DNA from: Rhina ancylostomus
Lineage: Eukaryota
Assembly (NCBI GenBank): GCA_030265395.1
Contig: JARFYF010000053.1
Span: forward strand, 12,465,173-12,529,172
Length of the DNA stretch: 64,000 nucleotides
Direction: 5' to 3'
Shown: positions 11,493-22,914 of the stretch, piece by piece
Numbering within the stretch: position 1 is the first letter of the stretch
Layout of the letters: each line of letters starts with the position of its first letter
Program-made: the position numbers and the translations under genes
Notes under the pieces: model-generated
What the model was told of the DNA's origin: nothing
The model's database searches: none
What the model saw: only the letters and a program-made list of their open reading frames with translations

Positions 11493-12849
11493 GACTGAAC
11501 ACAAGTCCGAGTGTCTTGACAACAAATGTGCCACCAAAAACAGATGGTTTCATTCACTCTTACATCCCTTCCGCACCCTCAGCTTCCATTATTTTCCTTC
11601 CCTTGCCTCTTGCTCTCCTCTCACTCCTCGTCCTATAACTGCTCCCCATTTCCCCAAAACCACCCCCAAATGCCTTGAACTTCACCATAGCCCTTCCTCC
11701 AGGTCCAGCCTGTGAAACCAGTTCATTCAGCTGGGCCATCTGCGATCACCAGGATATCGCAGGCAATCACTGAGAAATTATTGACAGACTAGTGGCAAGA
11801 TTGGATTTAACACTTGGGTTGTTCTGCTCAATCCAAATTGTTCAATTATTAGCATAGAGTGGAAAAGCTATGACTGTTCTTCCTACAGAGAAGGCCAAGA
11901 AGAGATTTGATAGAGATATGCAAAATCGTAAAGATTTGGATGAAGTAAATAAAAAGAAACTGTTCCCATTGGCTGAAGGACCACTACCAATTGAACCAAC
12001 ACAAAGCAATTGAATCAGATCAATAAAGAAATGCATTCCTGAATGCTAACTACACACTATGTATGCTATCTTCCAATAATCTTTAGTTCCACTGTATATC
12101 ACTATAAACCTCCGGTTCTGAATCCTTCCACCAATAGCAAGTTTCTCTTTCGACTTTGCTCCATTATTTTGAGCACATCCATATCTGCTCTTGATCTTTT
12201 CTGCTCCAAGGAAAAGGAGTGATGGAGTGGGGAAATAGGGGCTAGAGGTTGGGATGTGGGATTGTGGCAGATGCAGTGTCAGGGTCCAGAGAATTGCGAA
12301 CTGGGTAATGGGCTGATATGCAGTGGAGTGACAGAACTGGAGTAATGGGGAAGTGAAATGATGGTAGAGGGGATGTTATCACATTGTTGAGTTGTCTATG
12401 TGGCTGTCAGTGACAATGGGATTGGTGTGCTGGTTAACAGCCAACATTTGAAATAAAGCTTGCAACCTTTCGAGAGACAACAGTGATATTGGAGGAATCA
12501 GCAAGGTCAGGGATAAGAATGCAACTTGGGGTAATAAATAAAAATGCAAAAGCTTTGCTTTCACTAATCGCCACATCCCTGATCACCTCACCTTGATTCC
12601 TCTTCCTGAATGTGCTGAGACTAGGGAGCATAAGATGAGCAAATCAATCACATGCAAGGATTTTGATAAACTGAGACTGTTAACAAAGTGACATGGTTAT
12701 CCACACTCCATTTCACCATAACTCATTGACAGGAGTAGCCAGAGGGAAGAACAAATTGTGTCCATTATTGACGAGAGAATGGAGGGGAGTTCCTTCATCT
12801 GTCAGCTCCCAGCTCTGAACAGCCTTTGTTCCTGTTCCAGGACAATAGC

Positions 12850-13380
12850 AGTACCAGAGGACTCAGATACTAGACCATGCCAGTACAGCCTTCAGACCTC
12901 GCCTGAGGTGTGCCAGTACTGGCATTTGGTGTACCCAGACCAAGTGCAAGTATTGACAGCCTCTGCACCCAAGTATGCCAGGACTGACAGCTGTGTACCT
13001 TGTCCCAGAGTGTGCTCGTACTGATGGTCAGTGTACCTGAACTGAGAGCATGCTAATACCGGGAGTCGGTGCGCATGGACTGAAAGCATGCTAGTGCACC
13101 CAGTCCCAGAACCAGTGTAGTTGGCCCAAGTGCGCCAGCACCAGACAGTGCTAATACCCAGTGCATCCAGACTGAGTTTGTGCCAGTACCAGTCAGCATA
13201 CTTGGTCCCAGGGTGTACCAGTAATGATAGTTTATGTAGCCATTCCCAGATGATGACAATACCTGTAGCCAGTGTACCTGTGGCCACACAATACCAGTAC
13301 CAGTCTGTGCATATTACCAGATTGGAGCAGTACTGTCACTGTGTTCCTGATCCCAGACATCACCAGTACCAAGTTACTCT
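12850..13380. repeat. Degenerate tandem repeat built from CCAGTAC / CAGTGTACC motifs
   Basis: Irregularly spaced variants of gtgccagtac and cagtgtacc. The overlapping ORFs here are low-complexity in several frames. Confidence 0.6.
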
Positions 13381-14139
13381 GCAGTCTCCACAGAAGCAGA
13401 ACACTCATCAACATCTAACTCTAGTTTCAGTAACTGCTCCTTCAATGCAGTCATTAGTCTATACTTGCCTTAAAATTCTAAGTCCTCCATGAGTCCAGTG
13501 TGGCTGCAATGTATTTTCGGATATAGTAAAAACTCCAAGGCAAAAAAATAACAACTTCTGTCCAACAACAGTTGGAACAAACAGTAAAGGTGACTGGGGG
13601 CAGCAAGGGCAGTTTGGTTGTAGAAATATTATGTAACAAAAAAAATGCTCATCTCATTGCTCAAAGTGGGAATAAAATTGTATGGCTGATTTCAAAGTTG
13701 GCAAAATAGGTACAGACACAATTTGGGGCTTGCTTGAAGATTATCATGCATAAGAAGGTTTTAAACAGTGAATGCTCGTTACCTGGTGAGACAGTTGCTG
13801 CAGGTTAAATTCATTATATTATTCAGTTTTAGATTCAAGAGACTTGCATTCCTCGAAGACATCCTTTGAACATCCAAGTACCACATCCAATGAATAGCTT
13901 TAGGCATGTAGCCACTATTCTGTGGGTACCTGCTATTATTTACTTTGCACAGGAGCTTTCAAGACATCATTGTTTTAGTCAATCATTTGATGCATGTGGT
14001 TATACTGAGTCAATGACTAGTCTTCAAATCTCAACCTCAACATAAATCAAGGTCCTCCAAAAACAGAGGGGAAGATACGTGTCCCAGAACCCACAATACT
14101 ATTTAATGCAGCATTGGGAATTTTCTTGGTGGTCATTCA

Positions 14140-14452
14140 TATGGAAACAGACCTTTCAGCTCACCATCCATGCCCATAAAGCACTAATCCTATGCTAATC
14201 TCATTTTATTCTTCTCACATTCCTATCAACTCCTCCTTCCTGCCCAGATTCCATCACCTACACTAGGGGGCAACTTGATGGCCAATTAATCTTTCAAACT
14301 GCATGTCTTTGGGATGTGGGAAGAAAGCTGAGCACTCAAAAGCACATGGTCACAAGCTAATGGGCAAAATCTGGTCAGCACTGAGAAATCAGGTTTGAAC
14401 TTGGGTCCTTGGAGCTGAGGCAGCAACTTTAACTGCACCACTCTGCCACCTC
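14140..14452 (-). mobile_element. Older V-SINE copy
   Basis: cacctacactagggggcaa...ggccaattaa...gtctttgggatgtgggaagaaa...tgaacttgggtccttggagctg; complement of the 26100-26435 type. Confidence 0.7.
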
Positions 14453-15414
14453 GTTGGTCTTAGCCAATGTTTATCATTTAACGTTCAGCAGAATGATCTT
14501 AAGGCTGTTTATGGAATCCCGCCATCTGCAAATTACTTTTCATTCATGGCTACACTACAGCAATGATTACACTTTGAGACATCAAGTTGTAGAAGGTGAA
14601 GAGAGCTGGAAGAACAGGATTCTATGACTACAACATTATAGGTGGTCTTAAGTGTACATGTCTGTGTGGAGTGTGTGTGGGGTTAAGTACACATGTGGGA
14701 TTGTGTGCGCAAATAGGTTAGATTCCACATTTTTACTCTGATGCTATTTGCACCATGTGTCTGAAATGGTTTAAGTAGCAGCAGGCACAGGCAGGCAGAA
14801 AAAGGGCAAGTAGCCAGGAGGGGTTGAGCTGGATACTAATGTGACTGATTGAATCAAATGGCCCTTTGAATGCAGTCTCTGGCAGAGACTGCAGCCTCCA
14901 TTTGTCACCTCAGTCACACTGCCACAATGAGCATGAAAAGCGTCTGCTCAGTATGTAATGTGAAACAGATTAGGATGACGGCCTGTAAGAAATTGACAAT
15001 GTCCACTAATCATTTCATTGCTGAGAAACTTCACTTTGGAAAAATTAATTTTGGGCCTAAAGGCTATTTATGTCTGGCACTTCATTGCTCAAGCACACAT
15101 AACAAAATGAGACACCCAGAAAGGAGCTGCCTTATCAGCCAGGTTACAGCGAGCAGGAGTGTTAATCAGCACAGTTAGTGTCCGGACAAACCTCACAAGC
15201 CAGGTGCCTGATATATGGTGTTTGGCCTGGGTCCCATCTACAGTCAAGCTATCTTATCCCAGAGGTAGCTGGACTGAAGACAGGCTTTTTGTAAGCTTCA
15301 GCCTCAACTATCCTAATGTTCTTCTGGCTGCCTCCTATGCATTAACACCCTGTAAACTTGAAGTGTTGCCATATCCTAGCTTGCACCAAATCCTGTACAC
15401 CCACAGTTGTGATC

Positions 15415-16145
15415 ACTGGGAAGGAGGGCAAACGTGTGCCAGTCTATATTGGAGGGGATCGGTGGCAGAGTCAGCATCTTTAAATTCTTGGGTGTTAACA
15501 TACTAGACGACCTGTCCTGGGCCATGCACATAGGTGAAATCACAAGGAAGACACTCCAGTGTCTTTACTTTCTTAGGAGGTTAAGGCAGTTCAGCTTGTC
15601 ACTGAACACTAATAAATTTCTACAGATGTACTGTTGCATCATAGTCTGGTACTACAATTCAAAAGCACAGGAACACAAGCAGCAGAGAGTAGTGGACTCA
15701 GCCCAATACATCACAGGTACATCCTGCCCCACCACTGGGAGCAACTACAGGTACAATATCCATCATCTGGGCTATGCCATCTTCTCACAGCTACCATCGG
15801 GCAGGAGGTACAGAAGCCAAGTCCCACACCACCAAGTTCAAGAACAGCTACGTCCCTTCAACCATTTGGTTTTGGAACCAACTGGCACAACCCTAATCTT
15901 TAGGGTTTAGCAACACTATGATCACTGAACCTTTAGCAACACAACCTTTAGCAACACTATGATCACTGAACTACAATGGACTTTGTTCTAACAGTGTTCT
16001 TTCTTGTAAAAATTGTGTATAATTTATGCTTGTTTTTCTTATGAATGCTGCTTAAGTGGTGCTATGTGCCTGTGATGTTGCTGCAAATAAGTTTTATTGC
16101 ACCTGTGCATATGTGCACTTGTGCCTATGGCAATAAATTTGATTT
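15415..16145 (+). mobile_element. 5'-truncated Rex1/Babar LINE, second 3'UTR subfamily
   Basis: ORF 15434..15910 contains FKFLGVNILDDLSW, CLYFLRRL and SQLPSGRRYRS. The 3'UTR is shared with 32600-32775. Confidence 0.85.
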
Positions 16146-17189
16146 TGGCCTACCTTCGTTTCCAATGTGATAATATTTGGGTTTTAAAATTCTCACCTTT
16201 AGTAAAACCTTCCGTGGTGTCAATCCTCCCCACCTCTGCAACCTGCTCCAGCTTCTCAGGTGGCGAGACCTTAGCTTTGGAATTCCAAACCCAAATATGC
16301 TTCTCAATCTCTACTGCTTCCGTTAAGACCCTCCTTGACACTTCTCACTCTAACCCAGCTTTTGGACATCTATCCTCTGTGGCTTGCTGTCAAAATTTGC
16401 CTGAGAGTAACATATGGCATTTCGCGAAAGTCACATGTCAAAGATGTGATTTAAATGCATATTGCTGTTGCTGTTCTTAGTTCCCATCCACTTAATAAAC
16501 CAAAATTACCAGGTGATAATTAACTGCAATCTAAAAGCCCAGAAAATGAAACTCTGGTCATCTTGCTCCCTCTGCCTCAATACTAAGGAAACTGACATTC
16601 CTTAGCAATAAAGCAATAAATGGCTAAGCATGTTCACACTATCAGAGTAAACAAAGATTGCTTTCTTTGCACAAATACCTGTCAAAGAAATATTAAAATA
16701 CTGCAAAGACACTAAAATGTAGTCAGAGAAGATGTGGGTTAGGATAATCATTTCCCATTAAAATGCCATAATGCTGTTGGACAGGATGGAGATGAAAGTT
16801 GGACAGGATGAGCGGTGGGTCTGTTGTTAATATGTTCCCAAATAACTAACATGCTGATGCCAGTGTTGTGGAACTTCTTGCAGAGTCAGAGGCATGAGAG
16901 AAAATAGGAATGAACTAAGGTTTCAGTTGCATGGTTTGACTTCAGCTAAAATGCTGTATTCAGTTCTAGATGAGATCAGCCTTGGAGGCAGGAGAGCAAG
17001 GAGAAAAATGTCAAAGGGACACAGACCTTAAGTATCGACTCTGTTCCTCTCTCCACAGATGCCTGATCTGCTGAATGAAATAAAAATGATACTGAAAACA
17101 AACTTCCATTTTCACGGAAACAAATGAAAACAAATTTTCATTGGAGGCAATGAATTGATTTACTAGAACCATATGGGAAACAGTTACAC

Positions 17190-17545
17190 TCCAGTTCTTG
17201 ACCACAAAATCCAGGGCAATGTTCCATTACAGTGCTGAGGAAATGCAACATTGTTAGATGTACTGTCTTTTGTTTGAAATGTTAACTCATGCCACTACCA
17301 GTTCTCAGAGATGAATGCTAACTATTCAATAGGTTTAGTTTGGAAAACTGAGGGGAAAGGGGGTGGGGTTGAGCAAGTGTCCTGGAAAATATCTCCTCTC
17401 AAACAACATTGAAACAGATCTGGTTATCAAGTTAGTGGCTGTAGGACCTAGCTGTGAATAATTAGCTTCTGACGTTGCAACAGTGATTATATTGTAATTC
17501 TTTGGCTGCAAAACATTGTTTTTTGCTTTAGGATGTCCAAGTTTT
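17190..17545 (+). mobile_element. Decayed Deu-domain SINE
   Basis: cagtgctgagg...gtgtcctggaaaatat...aaacagatctggttat...gcaacagtgattata...ttggctgcaaaac. Confidence 0.55.
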
Positions 17546-19649
17546 TCTTCAAGCAAATAACTTGAAGATTCCATATTATGGTTGTACTCCCTTGCTGAGT
17601 TTACTCCCAATATTTAAAATGACCAAAAGATTTGTTAAGGTTGATAAAAGAAACCATTACCTCTTGTGCAGGAGCCCAGAACAAATATGACCTCAACACC
17701 AGAACCAGGCTGTTCAGAATGAATCAGGAAAAGCTTCACATCAAGGTTTACAAAAGTTAGAAACTCTTTCCAAACAAAGTGAATCTCCAACCCAGTTTGA
17801 GATTGACATTTTAAACAAGGGCAGGGGTGGTATATAGAGAAACGAACAGTTTAAGTAGATTGTCTGTGATGTAAACAGGGCCAAATATGGAGGGCCAAGG
17901 CTAGACAGCCTTATCCTGTTACTATGTTACAGGATCAAGAGACTGAATAGACATCCAGGTCTTTAAAAAGCTCAAGTATCTTGTTAGCAATAGGCTATTG
18001 AGTTAAATAGCCCACTTTACCTTCTACCCTTGATACTGAGCTGTACTGAGAGCCTTGGGGCCATCATAAGATGGCATATAATGGCTCTTGGAGGGTTAAC
18101 CCCCACCTACATGTTCTAAGCTGTGACAAGCAGAGGCAATATTGAGAAAAAGCATAGTTTAAAAACCCTCAAAATAAATTTTCACCTCCATGTTACTGAA
18201 GAGTAGGAAGAATTAGTCAAGACCTTGTTTATAAGNNNNNNNNNNNNNNNNNNNNNNNNNNNNNNNNNNNNNNNNNNAGTCAAATTATTACACTCAAACT
18301 AAGAGCCTGTAGGAAACACTTCCAAACATGGGCCATCATAGGTAGCTTCAGGGCAAAAGGTCTGCTTTTGTTTGCTTCCATCTTACTAAGTTACATGATC
18401 ATTCAAAACTTAAAGTTGTAAAGTTGGATCCTGAAAGATGCAAGTATCCCAGAGGGATGTATGCTGAACAGGAGGCTTTCCAGTATCTCTGCTTAAAACT
18501 TACAAAATACAACATGGATACTTGCATTTTACCTCTTGCTTCAGATTTGTTTTAAATTATTAAATCACTCATTTCCTTATTTTACAGAAAATCTTGCCCA
18601 AGTAAAAATGTCATGCATACAAAAGATGCCCATCATACCTTTGAATGTTCATTTCAATTAGTCTCCATCCTTGCTCTATAATACACGTGGAAAGGTGGAA
18701 TTTTAGTGCCAAGGACCCAATTCCCCAAAACTTCTTCCCTACCAACTTAACTCCCCTTAATTCCAGGCAACAAGAGCTTACGATTATAGTTTATTATCCA
18801 TTGAAATGTATAATTTAAATCAGATAATTTGTTTTGTTTAATAACACTGGTTGAGGTGTAATTAATGGCCCAAGTGGTAAATGGGCATTTTAAGCTTAAG
18901 CCCAACATAACTACCTTCCCCTTGATTGCATTGAGGAATGGAAGTGGCAGCAATGTTGCAGCCACACTCCATCACCATCTCTTGGTGGCCAGAGAATCCC
19001 CAAGGACAAACAACATTACATTGTTTCAGATGAATGTCTCTCTTTAGGGTTTTTGTTACATCTTGCCTTCCTCTTGCTTCAATTTGTTTTCAAAGTACCT
19101 GCTTCAGTAACATTATTGCCCATCATGTGTGAAACAGTGCCCTCCAGTGATAAAGCAGCAAACTTTATATCANNNNNNNNNNNNNNNNNNNNNNNNNNNN
19201 NNNNNNNNNNNNNNNNNNNNNNNNNNNNNNNNNNNNNNNNNNNNNNNNNNNNNNNNNNNNNNNNNNNNNNNNTTAGAAATTCATGTGACATTCTAATTAG
19301 AAACGTTTATATGATGCTTTTTGTAATGCATGTTGTTTCACCATAATTTACAACCATGACTATACAATATTAAAAGTTGTAGAGATCATTTCAGCATATC
19401 AAGATCTCACAAAGCCACATTGTTATCACAACCCAAGTTAAATTGTACAGAACAAGTATTGGCCAAAACCTTGTGATTGAGAGGAAGACATTTGGTCTAT
19501 CCCAGAATATTTGACGATCAAAATCTTGGTTTTAGAGTTCTGTAGATCCGCTACCCACTGTTGAAGAAATTTCTCACCCTGCCTGAATGGTTGACTGCTT
19601 GACACCAAGACCCCTAGGATCTCTACATCCAGCCTGTCAAGCTCAGAGT

Positions 19650-20031
19650 TAGACTCAGAAATATAGCGTAGAAATGGGCCTTTCAGCCCATCAAGTTCAT
19701 ACTGACCAACCACACATTTTACACTATTCCTATATTAATACTTCACTCTCCTCACATTCCCATCAATTCCCCCGGTTTCTACCACCAATCTACGCACTGG
19801 GAGAAAACCAGACCACCCAACAGAAACCCATGCAGTCACAGGGAGAACACAACACATATGCAGCACCCAAGGTCAGGAATGGTCTCGAGTTGAGAGGCAA
19901 CAGCTCTAATATGTGAACAACTTTGTATGTTTCAATGAGATCACCTCTCATTCTTCTAAATTCTGAACAGTACAGGCCCATTCTGTTTACTTTCTCTTCA
20001 GGGCGATCACCCCCATCCCAACCTAGGAATC
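19650..20031 (-). mobile_element. V-SINE (19650-19912) adjoining a CR1 RT C-terminal fragment (19915-20031)
   Basis: gaaacccatgcagtcacagggagaac marks the V-domain. ORF 19790..19981 starts GLYCSEFRRMRGDLIETYK, a CR1 motif. Confidence 0.75.
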
Positions 20032-21139
20032 NNNNNNNNNNNNNNNNNNNNNNNNNNNNNNNNNNNNNNNNNGGTGAACCTTTACTGAAATCCCTTTACT
20101 GTGCAAACCTTAGCTGTGCAAAGCACTTTACATGCACGATAAATGTTGTTGAAATGAGGATAAATTTAAGTTCAAATTCTTGAAGCATGACAAAACATTC
20201 TCCTCTCCATTCAACTGAAGCAGGCAAGATTAAACTTTGGTTTAGTGGTGCCATCTTGTGGGGAAGGTTGAACTAGGTTCTAAAAATTTGAATTTTGAAA
20301 ATTATTGAAGCAAAAAAAATAAATCACACTTTAAAATACAATACTTAGTAAACAAATTCAGTTGAAAGCAAAAAATCAAAAAAGGTTAGGATAAAGGAAC
20401 TTTGGCATTTGGAAGTTGTCACAATCTAAAATTTGAACCCTAATAAAAAGCACTTAATTAATAGGACTGCTGGTTGTCAATGAGCCAACCCTGCCCAGTC
20501 AAAACCCTCTGGTTTCAAAAGGCTGATCTAGTAGATCCACAACTCAAAAAGGGTACACATAAGAACTTAGACCTCCACATTCAATTGACTTTATCATCAA
20601 GGTTTTTAAACAATGGTAATGTGGCACTATGGGAACTGATTTATCATGGTCACATGAAGACCTATACAATTCAGAACATTCAAGGATTAAAAAATGCATG
20701 ACAAGAGTTTCCTGCTTAACGAGCAACCTAGTGGCAAGTAGCATTTCCCATTACACAGACCCCACCCAATTACTATACCCTATTTTTCCCCCTTATAAGC
20801 ATCTGCTGTTTACCTCAAATATTCCATGTCGTAGAAGGTGGTTTTACATCCTGAACAGACCATGTCATTATTGGATTGATGACATTAAAATTATGACTCC
20901 TAGTTTTGGCTGACCTCCCATGAAAACATCTGATCAAATTCCTTTATAAAATCCACAATGAAGTTACCTTTCCAACATTTTCCCCCCAGAAAATCTCTGC
21001 TTGTTCAGCCTTCACCAAATAGTTAATAACCCAAGTTCTCCAACTTTCATTTACTTAATTTACTACAAGATCTTAAACTTGCAATACATGTGCAATACTT
21101 AAATGTGAAATATACATAAACATTTAGAAGAGAATGGGA

Positions 21140-21281
21140 GAAAAAAAGCAAAACCTTGAAACAGCAACTTTATTANNNNNNNNNNNNNNNNNNNNNNNNN
21201 NNNNNNNNNNNNNNNNNNNNNNNNNNNNNNNNNNNNNNNNNNNNNNNNNNNNNNNNNNNNNNNNNNNNNNNNNNNTTTATT
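21140..21281 (-). terminator. Candidate polyadenylation signal of RAP1A
   Basis: AATAAA on the minus strand (tttatt at 21169-21174, repeated at 21276-21281 across a 100-N gap, probably one site), followed by GU/U-rich GTTGCTGTTTCAAGGTTTTGCTTTTTTT. An alternative ATTAAA lies at 21994-21989. Confidence 0.55.
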
Positions 21282-22914
21282 AAAATCACTACAGCTATAG
21301 ACTGATACTTCTGAACCTTCCTTGACTATGAAAAAAAACAAAATGTCAGCCTCTGCAGAACCTTTTAACCTGACTGGAATTAATTTGTAAACCCACCCAT
21401 TTAAATGAATTCATTAAATTTTAGACTATATAAATGCAAATAATCCATTACATTTAACCAGGATATCAAACCAAAATGACAAATTTGGCAAAAGCCACAA
21501 AGTTCCAAACAGATGATGCATGGCTGGATTTTAAGCAGCATTCCAAAAAGTTGGAGGCAAGAGATTTAAGGATGAATTCTGCAACTTAGAGATCTAGGTG
21601 TCTGAAAACTAGGTGTCTATCAACGATACAAACACAAGGGAGGCAGTATCTGAGAAGCACTGAGATCCTGAAGGCTCAGACTAGAAAAGAACACATTAAT
21701 GCAGGCACAGTGGGAAGGCCCTTACTTGCTTGAAAATAATGTTAGGATTTTAAAATTGAGGTGGGTAGAATGGGAGCCGGTTACCAGATTGGTAATTAGG
21801 CAGTATGGGAGGCTTGCAAAGATACACCTGGAAAAGTTTAGGGCACTACATTTTGTGAAACAATTCCTCTCAAATTGCTCCTGTTAGCAAAGCATTGGTA
21901 ATCTTACTCACCAAGTCAACAAGCTGAAAAGGAATAAAACACTTGTCCCAGAAGTCTTAAGAGTAAAAATTTCACAGACCATTGAAGTTTTAATGACAAC
22001 ACTAGTTCAGAAATAGTATGAATTAACAGTGTAAAATTTCTGATTCATTTACCATTTTATGTACTCAGGGATGTCTTTCAAACCTGTGCTAAATTCAAAG
22101 CTTGCAGGTGAAAGGTCTGGCACAGTCTGTTGCACAAGGGGAGGGAGAAGTGCAAGACAGTGCATGCAGCAGTCTAGTGCCAGAATTTCCCAGAATGAAA
22201 TATCCTGCCATATCTGCAATGCAACACACTGATAGAAAAAATTTAAAGAAACTTACATTCAAAAGGAAACAAAATGAGACCCAGGAAGCCAATTTAGAGT
22301 TGGTTTAGTATAATATATTTGAGCTTTGAAAGAGACATAGAAATCAGCTTTCCACAGTTTTCCTATAAAAGACCCCATTTTCCAAAGCATTATGCACAAA
22401 ACATTTTTAATTAGAATACAATTGTATAGTGAAAGTAAGGTGATCCTGCAACGTCCCAATATAAAATGGAGTCACAATGACCAAAAGTAGATGTTAACTG
22501 TTGGGATAAGTCCATCAAGGAACAATATGGACTAAAAATGTCAAAAACCATCAATGAACTATTAGTGCTTGATAGGGAGAAGAGGTGCAATGATAAAAGG
22601 CCAATATGTAATCAACTCTTAATTTCACTTGCAACATCTACAACATTGGAAATGTGTCCATGCTTTTTTTGTATAATCATACAACTAACTCATCATTAAA
22701 TCCACATTGGCTATAACCACTATGCAAAAAGGTGAAAATACTGTCTGTTCAAGCGATGCACATGGCAAATTTCAGGAACAGTATGTGCAAACGGTCTTCT
22801 GGAGATCTTTTTAAATTGAAGATATAAAAATGGGTGAAGCCTCTTCAGATATGTTAATTTTTTTTTGAAATTGGAAATGCTGGCACTTTCCAATTAGGCA
22901 ACAGTTCTTCATAC
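21150..22914 (-). other. RAP1A: RAP1A terminal non-coding exon (3'UTR); distal end approximate
   Basis: Acceptor GTATTTTCAG, then GTATGAAGAACTGTTGCCTAATTGGAAAGTGCCAGCATT, which closely matches my recollection of the mammalian RAP1A last exon. Further conserved-looking blocks run to ~22290. No repeat recognised in this interval. AATAAA at 21174-21169. Confidence 0.8.

Noticed and set aside
12850-13380. Possible CRISPR-like repeat-spacer array
   Set aside because: No identical repeats or regular spacing, no cas genes, and the context is vertebrate.
1-21100. A second gene downstream of RAP1A (INKA2/FAM212B is the human neighbour)
   Set aside because: No ORF with recognisable homology; the recognisable ORFs are LINE-derived. 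Short exons could have been missed.
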